A DNA stretch of 64,000 nt, taken from assembly GCF_009914755.1 (NCBI RefSeq), contig NC_060926.1; one strand, given 5' to 3'. This stretch comes from the human T2T-CHM13v2.0 reference genome, Homo sapiens. Positions within the stretch are counted from its first letter, which is position 1. Each line of letters opens with the position of its first letter. Shown here one piece after another: positions 27,626-42,560 of this stretch. The notes under the pieces are model-generated. The model ran no database searches and was not told the DNA's origin. It was given only the letters and a program-made list of their open reading frames with translations. A program made the translations under genes and the position numbers.

Positions 27626-30600
27626 ACTCTGTGTGCATGTGTGTGCATGTTCGTGTGTGTGTGTGTCTGCACGCATGCACACTTGTCTGTCATGGCTTTC
27701 AAGCTAAGAAACTTCCAGAAAGTAAAACAGCAACTTTTAATGCTAAAAAATTAAAATATATTCCCATTCCTTCCCATGAGTTTTTTTGTATAGGTTCATG
27801 GATCTTCCACCACAATCAGGTTGCTGGACAGTTTCAACACCGCCAAGCTCCCACTTGTTGGTATTTTATAACTCATCACTAGCTCCTTTTACCCCTGGAC
27901 CTAATCCCTAGCAGCCACGAATCTGTTCTCCATTTCTAAAGTACTGCTGTTTCAAAACTGTTGTGTAAATGGAACTATGCAACCATCTGGGATTGGCTTT
28001 TCTTGTTCAGTAGGATCCCCTAGGAGATTCAACCATGCTGTGTGCATGGAGTTTGTTTGAGAAGTGTTCCATAGCATGCATGCATGGTCATTTGGTTAAC
28101 ACTCACCTGTTGAAGGACATCTGGGCTGAATCCAGATTTTGGGTCTTACAAATAAAGCTGCTATGAACATTGCGTATATGTTTTTGTGTGAATGGAAGTT
28201 TTCATTTCTCTAGGATAGTGCCCAGGGTCATACAGTAGTTACATGTTTAACTTTTTAAAGAAACTGCCTAATTGTTTTCTGGAGTGGCTTTATTTACCAT
28301 TTGACATTCCCAAGAGCATGAGTGACCCGGTTCTCCACATCCTCCCAAGCTTTTGCTATTGTCGCTATTTTTTACTTTAGCCACTCTGATAGGTATATAG
28401 TGATAATCTTGTGGTTTTAATTTGCATTTCCTTAGTGGCTAATGACATCAGCTGTCTTTTCATGTACTTATCAGTCATTTGTATACTCTGTTTAATGAAA
28501 TGTCTTATGTTATTTGCTCATTCTCTGACTGAATTTTTTTTTAAGTATTGAGTTTTGATAGTCTCTCTATGTTCTAGATACTTGCCCTTTCTCAGATATG
28601 TGGTTTGCGGATATTTTCTTGCCGTCTGCAGCCTGTCTTTTCATCTTCTTTATGTGTGCTTTCACAGAACAAAGTTTTAAATTGTGGTGAGGTCTAATTT
28701 ATCAGTTTTTCTTTTATGGATGATGCTTTGGGTGTCAAGTCTAAGAATTCATTGCCTAGCCCTAGATTCTGAAGATTTTCTATCATGTTTCTCCTGAAAG
28801 TTTTATTGAGTTGTTTTACGTTTAAGTCCATGATCCATTTGTTGTTGTTTTGTTTGTTTGTTGGTTTTTGCTTTTGGAAAAGACTATCCTTCCATTGAAT
28901 AGATTTCACACTTTTGTCAAACATCACTTGTGCATATTTGTGTGGGTCTATTTCTGGGTTCTCTATTCTGTTCTGTTGATCTATGCGTCTATCCCTGCAC
29001 AATGCCACAGTGTCTTGTTTACCGTAGCTTTAATATCAAGTTACTCTCACTTTAGTTTTTCTTATTTCAAGATTGTTTACTATTCTAGTTCCTGTGTCTT
29101 TCCACATACATTTTAGAATAAATTTGTCTGCATTAAACCTTGCTGGGATTTTGATATCAATTACATTAAATCTATCAAACAATTTGAGAAATAATTGGCA
29201 TCTTTACTATTTTAAGTCTTCCAATCCATGAACATGGAATGTCTCTTCATTTAAGTCTTCTTTGATTCCTTTCATCAGTATTTCATCCTGTAGATTCTGT
29301 AAATGTTTCATTAATTGCATGTCTAAGTATTCCATTTTCTTTGGAGTAACTGTAAATGGTATTGTTTTAAATTTTGCTTTCTGGACTTCACTGTTAGCGT
29401 ATAGAAATGTGATTGATTTTTGTGTGTTCATCTTGTATCCTGTGATTTTGCTGAACTCACTTGTTAATTCTAGGAGGTTCTGTGTGTGGTGTAGATTCCA
29501 TGAGATTTTCCAAGTAGACAATTATGTCATCTTCAAATATAGGTGGTTTTATTTCTTTCTTTCTGAACTTTTTGCTTTTTATTTCTTTTTCTTGCCTTAT
29601 TGTAGTGGCTAGAACTTCTAGTTAGTACCATATTGAATAACAGTGGTGAGAATGAATATCTTTGCTTTACTCCTGATTTTAGGGAGAAAACATCTGGGTT
29701 TTCACCGTTAAGTATAATGTTAGCTATAGTTTTTGGGGTAGATATTCTTTAACAAGTTGAGGTAATTCCCCTCAATTCCTAATTTTCTAAGAGATTATAA
29801 AAAATTATGAATGGGTATTAGGATTTTGTCAAATGCTTTTTCTGCACCTATTGATATTATTATGTAATTGTTCTTCTTTAGTTTGTTGATATGGTAAGTT
29901 ACATAGATGAAATTTCAAATGTTGAATCAGTTTTGCATCCATGAAGTAAATTCCATTTGGTCATGGTGTACAATTCTTTTTATACATTGTTGGATTTGTT
30001 TTTAGTTTTGTTGAGAAATTTTGCATCTACATCCATGAGAGATATTGAATTACAGTTTTCTGTTTGATTTTGGTATCAGGATAATTCTGGTCTCATGAAA
30101 TGAGTTGGGAAGTATTCCCTCCTTTTCTGTTTTCTGGAAGAGATTCGTACAATTGATGTTAATTCTTTAAATGTTTGACCACATTCCCTAGTGAAATAAT
30201 CTGGTTCTGGATATTTCTTTTTTGAGACACTTTAAAAGATGAATTCAATTTCTTTGATGATTATAGAGCTATTGAGATTGTCTATTTTGTCTGAGTGAGT
30301 TTTGGTACTTTATTGTTTTCGATTGGTCCATTTCTTCTACGTTGTCAGATCTCTGAGTGTCAAGTTGTTCATAGTACTCCGTTATTATCTTTTTCATGAC
30401 TGTAGGATCTGTGGTGATATTGATGATTTGTGTCTTCACTCCTTTTTGTTGGTCTTGCTAGAGGTTTATTAATTTCATTTTTTTAAGAATTGATTTTTTG
30501 TTTCATTCATTTTTCTAGTGTTTTTCTATGTTTCATTTCATTGACTTCTATTCTTTATTTCCTTCCTTGTGCTCACTTTGAGTTTATTTTGCTCTTATTT

Positions 30601-30666
30601 TGCTAGTTTCTTGAGGGAAGAAACTTAGGTTATTAATTTGAGTTTATCGATTAGGTTATTTCTAAC

Positions 30667-30740
30667 ATGTTATAAATAATAAATACAAATACAAATTGTG
30701 CTAATGTTATAAAGAATAAATACAAATACAAATTGTGCTA
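30667..30740. repeat. 37-bp tandem duplication inside L1
   Basis: atgttataaa(t/g)aataaatacaaatacaaattgtgcta twice, with one mismatch. Confidence 0.93.
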
Positions 30741-32618
30741 TAAAATTTCCTCTCAGCATTGCTTTAGCCACGTCACACAAATACATTTTAAAAATTGCCT
30801 TTGAGACTTCCTCTTTGACTCATATTGTTTAGAAGTGTGTCGTTTAATTTCCATGTGTACAAAGATTTTCTTATGTTTTTGTTATTGATTTCATTATGGT
30901 CAAAGAGCACACTCTGTATTATTTTAATTCTCTTAAACTTGTTAAGATTTGTTTTATGGATCAGGATATGGCCTAACTTGGTGAATGTTTCATTTGGCTG
31001 CTTAGAAAATGTGTATTCTGCTACATTTGGATGCAGTATTCTACACATGTCAATTAGATCTTGTTAGTTGATTACATTGTTCACAATACTATATCTTTGC
31101 TGATTTTCTGTCTAGTAGTTCTATCAGTTGCTGAAAGGGGGATGTTATGTCTCCAGCTATAATTGTGGCTTTATCTATTTTATCTTTTAGCTCTATCAGT
31201 TTTTGCTTTATGTATTTTAAGGCTCTGTTGTGTCGTATATATTTGTTTAGGATCATTGTATCTTCCTGATGGTTTGATCCTTTTCTCATTATGCAATATC
31301 TTTTTTTTTTTTTGCCTCTAGAAATTCCTTTTCTCTGAGGTATACTTTGTCTGTTATTATTACAGCCACTCCCTTTAAAAAATTAATGTTTGCATGGTAT
31401 GTCTTTTTCCAAGCTTTTACTCTCAACCTGTGTACGTCATTGAATTTGAGGAGAGTTTTTCATAAGCAGCATATAATTGGTTATTTTTCGTAAAAACTAC
31501 TGCCTCAATCTCTATCTTTTGGTTGGAGTATTTAGACCATTTACATTTAAGGTAATATTGTGATATTAATACTTAAGTTTAACATTTAATGCACTGTTTT
31601 CTATTTGTATTCTCCAGTTTTAGCTCCTCTTTTTCCCTTGTCTTGCCTTTGGACAGGTTATTTGAGCACATTTTAGGATTCAATTTGACTTACATATAGT
31701 GCTTTTTTGGGACTATATCTGTATAGTTTTTTAGTGCTTGCTTTGATATTATAATATACATGTGTGACTTATAACAATAGTCTATCGGTGTCAACATCTT
31801 ACCACTTTGAATCAAGTGTAGAAACCTCACTTACATTTAGGTCCTTTTATCTTCCCCACACTAAATAGAATTGTCTTGGGTGTAAAATGGTGTTATAATT
31901 TTTGTTTCAATCATTAAATATGATTTATACAATCCATGAGAAAAAGGACAGTCTTTTATAACTATCCATATTTTTGCCCTTTCTATGTTTCCTTCTTTAT
32001 TCCTTGTGCTCCAAAATTCCTTCTTTTATCACTTATCTGTTTGAAGAACTTCCTTTACCCAATCTGTAATGATAGGTCTATTACAATAAGTTCTTTTGGT
32101 TATCCTTCTGCTAAGAATGTTTTAATTTCTCCTTCATTCCTGAAGTATAGTTTAATTGAACATAGAATTCATGGTTGACATTTATTTTCTTTCAACACTT
32201 GAAACAACATTGTGCTACTTCTTTGTACTCTCCCTTATTTCAGATAAAAAAATCTATTGTCGTTTGAGTTGGTATTCCCTTATAGGTATCTTCCCTCACT
32301 GCTTTCAAAATTTTTAGTTGTTTTTAGTTTTCAAAAGATTAAGGTGTGTCTTGGTGTGAAATTCTTTGGGTTTATCCCGTTTGGTTTTTGTTCAGCTTCT
32401 TGGCTCTGGAGATTTGTCTCCATTGCGTAATTTGTAGCCTCACTCTTTCTCCTCTCCCTCTGGTACTTCACCGATATAAATGTTGAATCTTTCATTATAG
32501 TCCTACAGGTTTCTGAAATTCTGTTTATCTTTTCTCTCTGATGTTTAGATTGAGCAAATTCTATTTTTTTGTTTCATTTATCTGATTCCATCTTCTATAA
32601 TCTCCATACTACTATTGA

Positions 32619-33280
<662 letters not shown>

Positions 33281-33294
33281 GACAGAAGCATTTT

Positions 33295-33588
<294 letters not shown>

Positions 33589-34845
33589 TGAAGCAATTTT
33601 ATAATCTCTGTTTTAAAATCCTTGTCAGATAATTCCAACATCTGATTCATCTTAGTGTTGGTGTTAATTGTCTCTTCTCACTCAAGTTGTGATTTTTTTT
33701 TTTTTTTTTGCTTCTTGGTATGATAGATGATTTTTTATTGTATCTTGGACATTTTTTCTGTGACACATTAGGAGACTCTGGGTCTTATATAAATCTTTTA
33801 TTTTAGCATTCAGTCACGCTGTTTAGGTTTGGCATGCAGTCTACTTCTATCAGTTGTGGTTCGAATGTCACTTCAAAGCCTTTGTGCTGTGACTTTGGTC
33901 TGCCTGGTTTATCTGGCACTGCTGAGGCTCCCACTGGTCTCTGCTGATGCTGCCTGTGGGGTAGAAGAAGTTTCTCTAGGTTGGGTTACCCAGTGTTTCT
34001 TTGGGGAGGGAGGAGTGACACCACCACTCTACTGGTGCCCTCTGGATGTCCAGGTGTCTCTGGGTTGGGGTGGAGAGTCTTGGACAAAAAGGCCCCTAGA
34101 CTGGGCCACCTGCTGCAGCTGGGCCCCTCACAGGCCTGCCCAGTTGTTGCTGGTTAGGGAAGGAGGAAGAGCCTCTGTGGACTAAGTTGCCTATGGTAGC
34201 CTCTCATGCTGGCTCTGCCTGTCACCTGCCCTGGCATCTCTCAGGGAAAAAGGGAAGTCTCAGGCTCATGAGGAAGCAGAGCATCTCCTTTGCCACTTAT
34301 TCTGATGCGTCTTCTAATCCATCACTCTTGCTGTTGGTGTTGGGCTTGCCAGAGATGCACACACGTGCGGGTGTGTGTGTATGGGGGACTCCCACTGAGT
34401 CTGGGGGAGGTATAGTCCACCTGGGCTGCCTTCTGTTGCTCGTTGGGATTGGGAAACGCTGAGCCTAGGTGGCTGTCTCTTGTTGGGTGGCGGATGCAAG
34501 ACCCCCTGCCACAGTGCCGTTCTTCAGTCCCGGAGTCCCAGACCAGTTTAATTTCTTGTACCTTTTTCAGTGACCTCCTTTGGTAGCTTGTCTCTTGCAC
34601 AATTTCCCAGGCCCCAAGTGAACTTGGTGAGAGGATCAGGGGAAGTGGGTCCTGAACTATCTCCATTGAACACCATCGCCTTTGTTCCAGTACTCTCTTC
34701 CTTGGCCCTGCCACAGATAAACGTATGAGGTGGCAGGAAATGAGACAGTGGGGTGAAAGGCAAGGAGAGTTGACTTAGGAGACCCAGGTGTGACTTTGCT
34801 CCTAGCTCTGCTAGGACAACGAATTCCCTTTTCAACTCTGGGTCT

Positions 34846-35350
34846 TGATGGGGTTCAGGATATGCTACCCTGAAGTGTGAAATCTTGGCATTTGAGGAAG
34901 CAGCAGAAGCAGGAAGGTCTCTCTGACCCCCTCGACACCTTTCTCCCCTAAAGCAGGTCATAAAATCTAGGATGTTCTGACCTTCCCCTGAGGTAGGTCA
35001 CAAGCCCCTCACTGGAGACGTATCCTCTTTATACCTAGAGGAAAGGAACGTCCCTATCTCTGAAGACACAGGTTGACAGAGAAGAAACTAAACAGACCGG
35101 CCTTGCTGACCTCCCTGAGGTTATTGCCATAGATTACACTTCTCCATGACCACCCACTTCATCAGACCTAGCAAAAAGTACACAGGCTTCCCTGCTTGAG
35201 TCTGCCTTTCCTTATGAAGGCTCCTGTGTCAGGTAAAACTTACATTAAAAACACATGTGTGCTTTTCTCTTGCTGATGTGTCTTTTATTGCAGGGGCCTT
35301 AGCCACGAACCTATCAGTGGGTGAAGAAAATATATTTTTTCACCCCTACA
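34846..35350 (+). mobile_element. MER39-like ERV1 solo LTR inserted in a MIR
   Basis: Starts tgatggggttcaggatatgctaccc...ttggcatttgaggaagcagcagaagcaggaagg and ends cccctaca. MIR-like sequence lies on both sides. Confidence 0.75.
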
Positions 35351-35439
35351 GCCATATTTCTTCATCCATAAAATGAAAAGAGAGGTCTGGGGTTGAGCAA
35401 GGTGACCTTGAAGACCTTCCCAGTGAGGATGTCCTGGAT

Positions 35440-35720
35440 GGGTGATGCTGCGTGGTGTCTCTGTGCCAAGGATGGTGTCCTCAGTGGGTGCAAGTCCAGG
35501 GAGCAGGAGTGCGGGGCAGGGAGTGAGCCAGGTTGGAGCAAGAGCCCACAGGAGGGTGACCCACTAAGCTGCAGCCCCTGAGAAACTCCATCCAGGCCTC
35601 GGGGCAGGGAGAAGGAGAGAAGAGAGGAGGCATTTGCCCACTGGTCCCGTGTGCCCCTAGGTAAAGGTCTGTCCTGTAGGGTGTTAACCCACTGCTTCTC
35701 TGGGCTGCACACGTGTGCAG
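35440..35720 (-). mobile_element. LTR16-like ERVL fragment
   Basis: ggcatttgcccactggtcccg...gggtgttaacccactgcttctctgggctgc resembles LTR16 antisense. Confidence 0.45.
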
Positions 35721-37367
35721 ATGCCTGGGGGTCCCCAGGGATGTTAACAGAGAGGCTCAGTGGCAGGGAGAGGCGGGGGTGAGGGCAGGGGCCAGGCACT
35801 TCATTCTCATCTGTGTGAAGTTGGTTAGAGACCACACACAGAGTGGAGCAAGAGGCGAGCAAGGCAGGGAAGGTCTGAAGCAATGTCCTGGGCACTCTGC
35901 TCAGTGTCAGCGGCACTCATGCAAAGCATTGTGCTGTATATAAATGACTCGATTATTGCTGGTCTGCTTCTTCAGCATTCAGGCATACATGGCCCTCTTT
36001 TTACTGACATATGGAGCAACTGGCTCCCAGTTCCGAGGTGGTGGAGGCAGGGCACTGCCCCCAGCATGGCGTCCTTCACGCATGACTGGCAGATGGTGCC
36101 ATTTCTGGGCCATCCTGGCAGCTCCCCACTGCAGGAGCCCCTGCGGTCTGTCACGCTGGTCCTCTGAGGTGGAGCTGTCTGCATGCACTTGGGCGCCGGC
36201 CCTCCCCTTTGCACGGAGCTGCCCGGGGCTGGCTCCTCACCTGCCCAGCACTCACATACATGGCAGCTGCACCCCAAATACTTGTTCAGTGAAGTATTGG
36301 GGGTGCAGCATCTGCAGTATCACTGCTAGTGCCTCATTGCTGCTGGGTTTCAAGGGCATCCCCATGAGTCCTGGGATGTGGGCTGATTGCTGAGATGAAG
36401 ACCAGTGTGAGCAACTGGGGAGAAATCCTGGAGTCACAGGGAAGACATGTGCCTGGTAACTGTGCCAGTCTGCAGCGAGTCAAGGAAAAACAATTTTTTT
36501 TTTGGCTTCTGGCAAGTGGTGCTGGTTCAGGCTATGGTTCCAATTAGGACATATGGTGGAACTAACGAATATCTTCCACCGTACATTGTCGGCCAGATTT
36601 AGTGAGGAGAGGATGTGAGGTTTTCTTTGATGATGGTGATACCAGTAGCTCTCATCTCCTAAGCACCTACCAGGTGTCAGATCGTGGCATGTTGTTGCCT
36701 TTTGTCCTCACTACAACGCCGAGGGTAGGCATCATCGCTCCATCCCGTTGGCTCTGACCAGGAGTCTGGAAGTTCCTTTATTCATGTGGAAGGTGGGGCC
36801 TGGGTCCTCCTGGTTGAACTGAACACTGGCCATAGGTGAGAGCTGTGTGAGTGGTGTGTTGCACCAGGGAGGGGTGTGGAGGGGTGAGGGTGGGAGGCAA
36901 GAGCGCCAGGAGTTGGGGCCCTATCGGCAGAGCAAGACGCAGCCCCCCAGGACCCATAGGAAATGGAGAGCCTGGCATCAGCCTGGCCCCAGGCAGACCT
37001 GCGTCCACCAGCTGAGCCAGTTCTTGGAGTCTGGAGAACCTGGGTTTTTGTCCCCTCGGTCAAGTCCCTGGGGCTTTATAGGGCATCTACCAGGGGCCTG
37101 AAGCCAGGCGAGGCCTGGAGGAGGGGAGAGTGGAGGACGGGAGTGGTGCTGGGCAGGCGTCCCCGGCCCCGCCTGAGGAGCTCTGAGCTCAGTGGTCCGT
37201 GTGGCAGGAAATGAGGGTTGAGGCAGATGACTTCCAAGAGCTGATGTTGTATGACATGGAGGTCATCTGCTGCAGGCACTGGTGGGCTGGAAAGGCAGCC
37301 AGGGGCTGGGGCTGGCTGCTGTGGGTGGCTGGGCAGGCCGGCATCACATGAGTTCCTAGGTCTTTTA

Positions 37368-37672
37368 GTTTTTCTTTCTTTTTTCTTTTTTTTTCTGAGA
37401 TAGAGTTTCGCTTTGTTGCCCAGGCTGGAGTGCAATGGCGCGATCTTGGCTCACCGCAACCTCTGCCTCCCGGGTTCAAGTGATTCTCAGCCTGAACCTC
37501 CCGAGGAGCTGGGATTACAGGCAGGTGCCACCATACCTGGCTAATTTTTTTTTAGTAGAGATGGGGTTTCTCCATGTTGGTCAGGCTGGTCTCAAACTCC
37601 TGACCTCAGGTGATCTGCCCGCCTTGGCCTCCTAAAGTGCTAGGATTACAGGTGTGAGCCACTGCGCCCGGC
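37368..37672 (-). mobile_element. Alu, AluSp-like
   Basis: Full dimer with ctcaccgcaacc and tttctccatgttggtcagg. Confidence 0.93.
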
Positions 37673-37919
37673 CTTCTGGTCTTCAAGTTTTTCAAGAGAA
37701 GTCAGAAACCCCCCTCATTTTATATGGTATTTACTGAGTTTCAAATGTTGATAAGTAATTAACAAACAAAAAACCCACTATAGGGTTAAACAAGACCCTT
37801 TGCTGGATGGATGTCCTGCGGGTGTCAGTGTGTGCATCTGGTGCTGGTGGCTTCATGTCCGTACATTGTGAAGCAAAATCCTGAAGAGCAGGGGCTGTGG
37901 GCACCTGGACTGGCACTGC

Positions 37920-37979
37920 CTCCTGGTGCTCGTCTCCTGGTACCCATCTCCTGGCACCCACCTCCTGGTGCCCATCTCC
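37920..37979. repeat. 14-bp tandem repeat (about 4.3 copies)
   Basis: ctcctggtgctcgt / ctcctggtacccat / ctcctggcacccac / ctcctggtgcccat / ctcc. Confidence 0.85.
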
Positions 37980-38121
37980 GTCCCCCGCCACCCCGTGCCA
38001 CCCCCCAGTGTGGAGCGCAGCCTGGTCCGCAGAGGCCGTCCGCTAACCACTCCCGAGGACACGGCTGCTCTCCACACGGTTCCGTGACTGTCCTACAGGG
38101 GTCTGCCACTTCGTGTTGCAC

Positions 38122-38335
38122 AAGTGGGTGTGTGAGTGTGTGAATGTGATCGTGTGTGTATGAGTGTGGGCATGAGGTGTAGGTGTGAATGTGGACATGA
38201 GGTGTAGGTGTGAGTGTGGACACCTGCATATGAGAGAGAGCCCGTGCACGGGGCAAGTTGGAGTGTGAGGTGTGAGCATGAGTGGGTGTATGTATGATGG
38301 AGTGCATGCATGTGTGCCTGTGTGTGTGAGTGAGC
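38122..38335. repeat. Degenerate (TG)n low-complexity tract
   Basis: GT-rich alternation with an internal repeat catgaggtgtaggtgtga. Confidence 0.85.
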
Positions 38336-39353
38336 ATTGTGCCAAATCTCCTCAGAGTCTGGGGTGCTTTGCAAGCTGAGCACCTTGGCTCCAAACCTCA
38401 GGGGGCAGGACAGCTGCCTGTCCACTGTGATTCCCTCTGTTCCTCTCCAAAACGCTCTGCCCACAACGAAGGGGCCTGAGCCCTTCCCCGTCTCTGGGGT
38501 CAGGCTCGGGCCTGGGCTCCCAGCACTTCTGTCTGGACCACTGGTTCCTGGGGCCCTGAGCCACTGTGTCAGAAGCTCGACTGCCCTGTGGAGAGGCCCA
38601 AGATCAACAGAAGAGGGATGGGGGCCCGCCATCCCCACCCATGTGCCGGGTATGAGAGTAGGCACGTTCTGGACCTCCAGGCCAGCTGTGCTGCAGGCTG
38701 AGCGCCACAGAACGACCTCCATCGCCCAACGTCACGTCACACCAAGCAGAAGAATCGCCCAGATGAGTCCTGCTCCAACTCTGAGCCCCTGGACAGTGAG
38801 ATCTGATCGTATGGTGTGTTTTAAGCCACTACATCTTGGGATGGTTTGTAAAATAGCAGCAGATAAGCAGAATGATCAATTCCTTTAATATTTCCCAAAT
38901 GGTAATGTGTCATGTTTGGTAAAGGGTTTCTTTCAGGCTGCTTCAAATTAGAAAGAACCATGTCAGCAAACTGTGACAATAAAAAAAAAGCAGCAGCCCA
39001 AATCCCAGTGAGACACAGGCTAGCTCATTCATTCAGATTCAATTCTAATGACGATGACTTATTTTTCCCCTGTTAGCAGCATCACTGGTAACTAAAGTTA
39101 GCCTTGGCTCAAAAATCAATGTATTATTTTAGAGCCTAAAGCAGGCAGGGAGTGAGCTGATGACTGACAGGAGGGCTGCAGGGCCTGTGGGTTCCAGGCC
39201 TCTCTCTCCTCCGCTGCTGCCTCCCGGGTAGCTGTGTGGAGCTGGCGGCCAGTAACCCTGAGGTTGAGCAGGAGCCCCCAGCAGGCTTTCCAGCTTCTCG
39301 GCCACGCCTTCCTTGATGTGGTGAGGCACACGTGTCAGCCAGCACTTGGTGGT

Positions 39354-39714
39354 GTGGGCTGACTTGTGCTTGTCCCCCGAAACTCCTTTACTAAAGTCCT
39401 CACCCCAGGAACTCAGAAAGTGACCTTATTTGGACCTAGGGTCCTTACACAGGTGGTCAAGGTAAAATGAGGCCTAATCCAACCACTGGAGTCTTTACAA
39501 GAGGAGATGAGGACACACACAGGGAGGTGACGCGAAGACACAGGACATCTGCAAGACACAGGGAGAGGCCGGGGACAGAGCCTTCCCTCACAGCCCTCAG
39601 AGGGCACCTTGATTTTGGACTCCTGGCCTCTACAGCTGTGAGACAGCAAAGCTGGGGTGTTGAAGCCACCTGGTGTGTGGCACTTTGTTCTGGCAGCCCG
39701 AGGTGACCAGGACA
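39354..39714 (+). mobile_element. MLT1B/C-type solo LTR
   Basis: gtgaccttatttgga...ccttgattttggactcctggcctc...aagccacctggtgtgtggcactttgtt. Confidence 0.8.
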
Positions 39715-42214
39715 CTTGGCACGTTCATGCTGATCACAGCTGCATGTGTGGGGGCAGCCATGAGCTTGCCTGGCCGAATGCCTGGGTGCTCCTGCGTGGT
39801 CACCTGCTGCCCCCCACCACGGCTTTCCCCATGTCACAGCAAGGTAGGCTGTGCACGCTTGTCCCAGGCTGGACCCTGCACCTCCCCCAGGAAGGTGGTT
39901 TGGGGCCACCTCCACTCTGTCCAGTGACCCTTCCCTTCTTTTGTGGCATTTTTGTGCTTTGTGGCTTCATTCCTATGAGGTGGGGGTCCCACCATGGGGA
40001 CAACCAGGAATGACACTCCAGCTGGGTCCTTGGTTGCCCCACTTCTGAGTCTCACCAGTGAGAAATCCCCAAGCTGGAGTAGCCCCATGAATTCAAAATC
40101 GAAGCCCCTAGCAACTGTCAGTGGCTCCCTGCAAGCCTTGTTCCAAGCCACAGTGGTCCTGCCCTGGATCAAGGGAGCAAACTCAGAGGCACTGTGCAGA
40201 GGAGACTCCTGGCCGGCCTCAAGACAGTGCAGCGCAGCAAGCAGAGGCTTCAGGGAGGCAGGGCATAGGAGGATGGCCCCAGTGAGCAAGGAGCGGGCCC
40301 CACCCAGATGGCCATGGGCACAGAATCCTTGGGGAGCTGCGGAAGTCCTGGTGGAGGAAGAGGGCAGCTGAGGTCAGAAGGGGAGAGGGGAGGCTGGGCA
40401 GCAGCCCTGCTGCATTCCTGGGACTTGATGGTGATGGTCACACAGCGGCTCCAGGAAGCAGATTCTGAGAGGGTGTACTGGGCAGGACGACTTTAGGGAA
40501 TTATCTTGGCATTGAGCAGGGGCGGGGAGGGGTAAGTTGGGATGCCAAGCAGAACTATTTTAGCCTTGGCTGATGGCCAGGGAGCAGTGGGCAGAGTGGC
40601 CCACAGAGGCTTCCCCTGGTGGGTGAAGAAGGCCCTTGGGTGTGGGCTGCCTGGGGAGGCGGCCTTGGCTGGCAGCTCTGCAGCTGAAGCAGACCCCACA
40701 GTGGCCGGCAGCCCTCCCAGCAGCCTGGTGACCACTGGGACTTTACTGCTCCTCAGGATCCCTTGGATGTGCCCCCCCCTCCACCCCAGCCTTCCTTGCC
40801 CGGTACTCATGGGCCCCAGGGGAGCCCATCAGATGCTGGCACGTGGGTCCCACCAGTTCTCATCCGGCACCTGCTTCCTTTGCCTTTCCCCTCCCCTTGG
40901 GCTCTGGCCAGCTCCAGAGATGCCCACATGGCCACAGCCTCAGGAGCTTGTTCAGCTGTGTGGAGCTAGTGCACGGTCATGGGGCCTGCTGGGCCCTGTG
41001 TCCTGCCTGTCCCTGCCCTGCCTGCCTACCCTTGAGCACAGCCCGTCCGGCTGGGCAGCCCCTTGGCGGGCAGCTGTGCGAGTTCCCAGCCCTTGGTGCT
41101 GGTCCTCGGGGCCCATGGCCTCAGCCTGGTACACCCGTCATGACTGCGTCGCTCATCTGTCCCCTTCTGAGTGTGTCCACTGCCTAGGCTGCTGCTGTTG
41201 GGGCTGCCCCTGGCTGGGCCAGGCAGGTTCCAGGAAGTGGAGCCTGGAGAGCTGGGAACAGAGGCTGTGGTGCCAAAGGCAGAGGCGGCAGGAGTGGGAG
41301 CAGCCTTCAGAGGTGCGGAGACGGGCAGAGGCCACCGAGGAGCACCACCTCCCAGGGCTGGACCACGTGCTGGGCCACGCGTTGACCTCTCTCCAAGCAG
41401 CTCCTGTCTCGCTGCCCTGAGCCCTGGGGTGTGGTTCAGGAAAGGCCACCTGCGCCTCTCCCCATAGGCAGGGCCACCCAGGCCTGCAGTGGTGGCAACT
41501 CCATCCCAGTCGGAAGCCTGGTGAGTCCCAGGGAGCCGTCCAGGGGACGCCACTGACCCCTTGGTCAGTTCAGCCATCACAGGGTGGCACCGGGGGCCCC
41601 TCCAGCCAGGCCCTCAGCCCCTCTCATTATCTTCCTAGTGCTCTTCCTGCTGTCTGTGGTCTTTGCTGTTTTTCTGTCTCTTGAATTTCCCTGACATTCC
41701 CTGCTCCTCTGTGCTTGGGGTTCACAGTCTGGAGGGGCCTTCTGTAGCTGGGTGCTGCTGGTGGGCACTGACGAGGGGTGTGTGAACGCAGCCTGGCTGA
41801 GGCCTGGGCAGGGAGCTGCTAGATTTTGCCTTGAGCCCTCTCTTGGGCGTTCCCCTTCCTGCTCCCCAATCCTTATCTCGGTTCTCCCCTACCCAGTAAC
41901 CAACTCATTAGCAGTCCATTTCATGGACAAGGTGACCTTCTCACACAGAGAGCAAGAGCCCCCCAACTGCCCAGGGGCGCAGAGTGGGAGCTGAGGCTGA
42001 GGCTGGGGGTGGGGGAAAGCACCTCCTGAGGGCAGTTTGCTCCAGGGAGCAAGAAGGAACTGGAGGGGGGATTCCTGGGTCTCCTCCAGAAAAGGCGCAG
42101 GCCAAGGTGAGCAGGGGCTTTGAGGGGAAGGCCCCGGGTGAGAATCTGCCCTGGGGTGCCCTTGAATCTGCAAACCATGGTTCCTTCCCAGAGAGGCCCT
42201 GAGGCTTTAGTTAT

Positions 42215-42560
42215 GTGGCCCCAAATTGGCAACTACTTAAGGTCCTCTTTAGGGGAGTGGCTGTCTAAATTATGGAGTGATTGGAATGAATGCCCCTCAG
42301 CCATTCAAAGGTTTACTAAACATATGAATCCACGTGATAAAATGCTCGTCCTAGAAGCTTAAGTACAAAGAGCAGGCTACAAAATGGCCCGTGCCCCGCC
42401 CCCCACTTCTTGCAAATTTTGCTTTGTAAACAAATAGAAGTTACGCAGAGAAAAAAGGCTGGAGGAAGTACTAGACCAATGTGGGAACAGTGAGTTTATG
42501 AGTTATTTACATTTTTCCTTTCCTTACAGTGAGTTTTTGCATTATTTACTTTTTTCTTTT
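42215..42560 (+). mobile_element. L1ME 3'-region fragment
   Basis: ccccaaattggcaactac...aaattatggagt...cagccattcaaa...agcaggctacaaaa. Confidence 0.5.

Noticed and set aside
28694-31289. Reverse transcriptase/endonuclease peptides as a functional gene
   Set aside because: Fragmented L1 ORF2 with stops and frameshifts.
40542-41420. 292-aa ORF
   Set aside because: No recognisable domain; Trp/Cys/Pro-rich composition typical of chance frames in GC-rich non-coding DNA; many overlapping ORFs on both strands.
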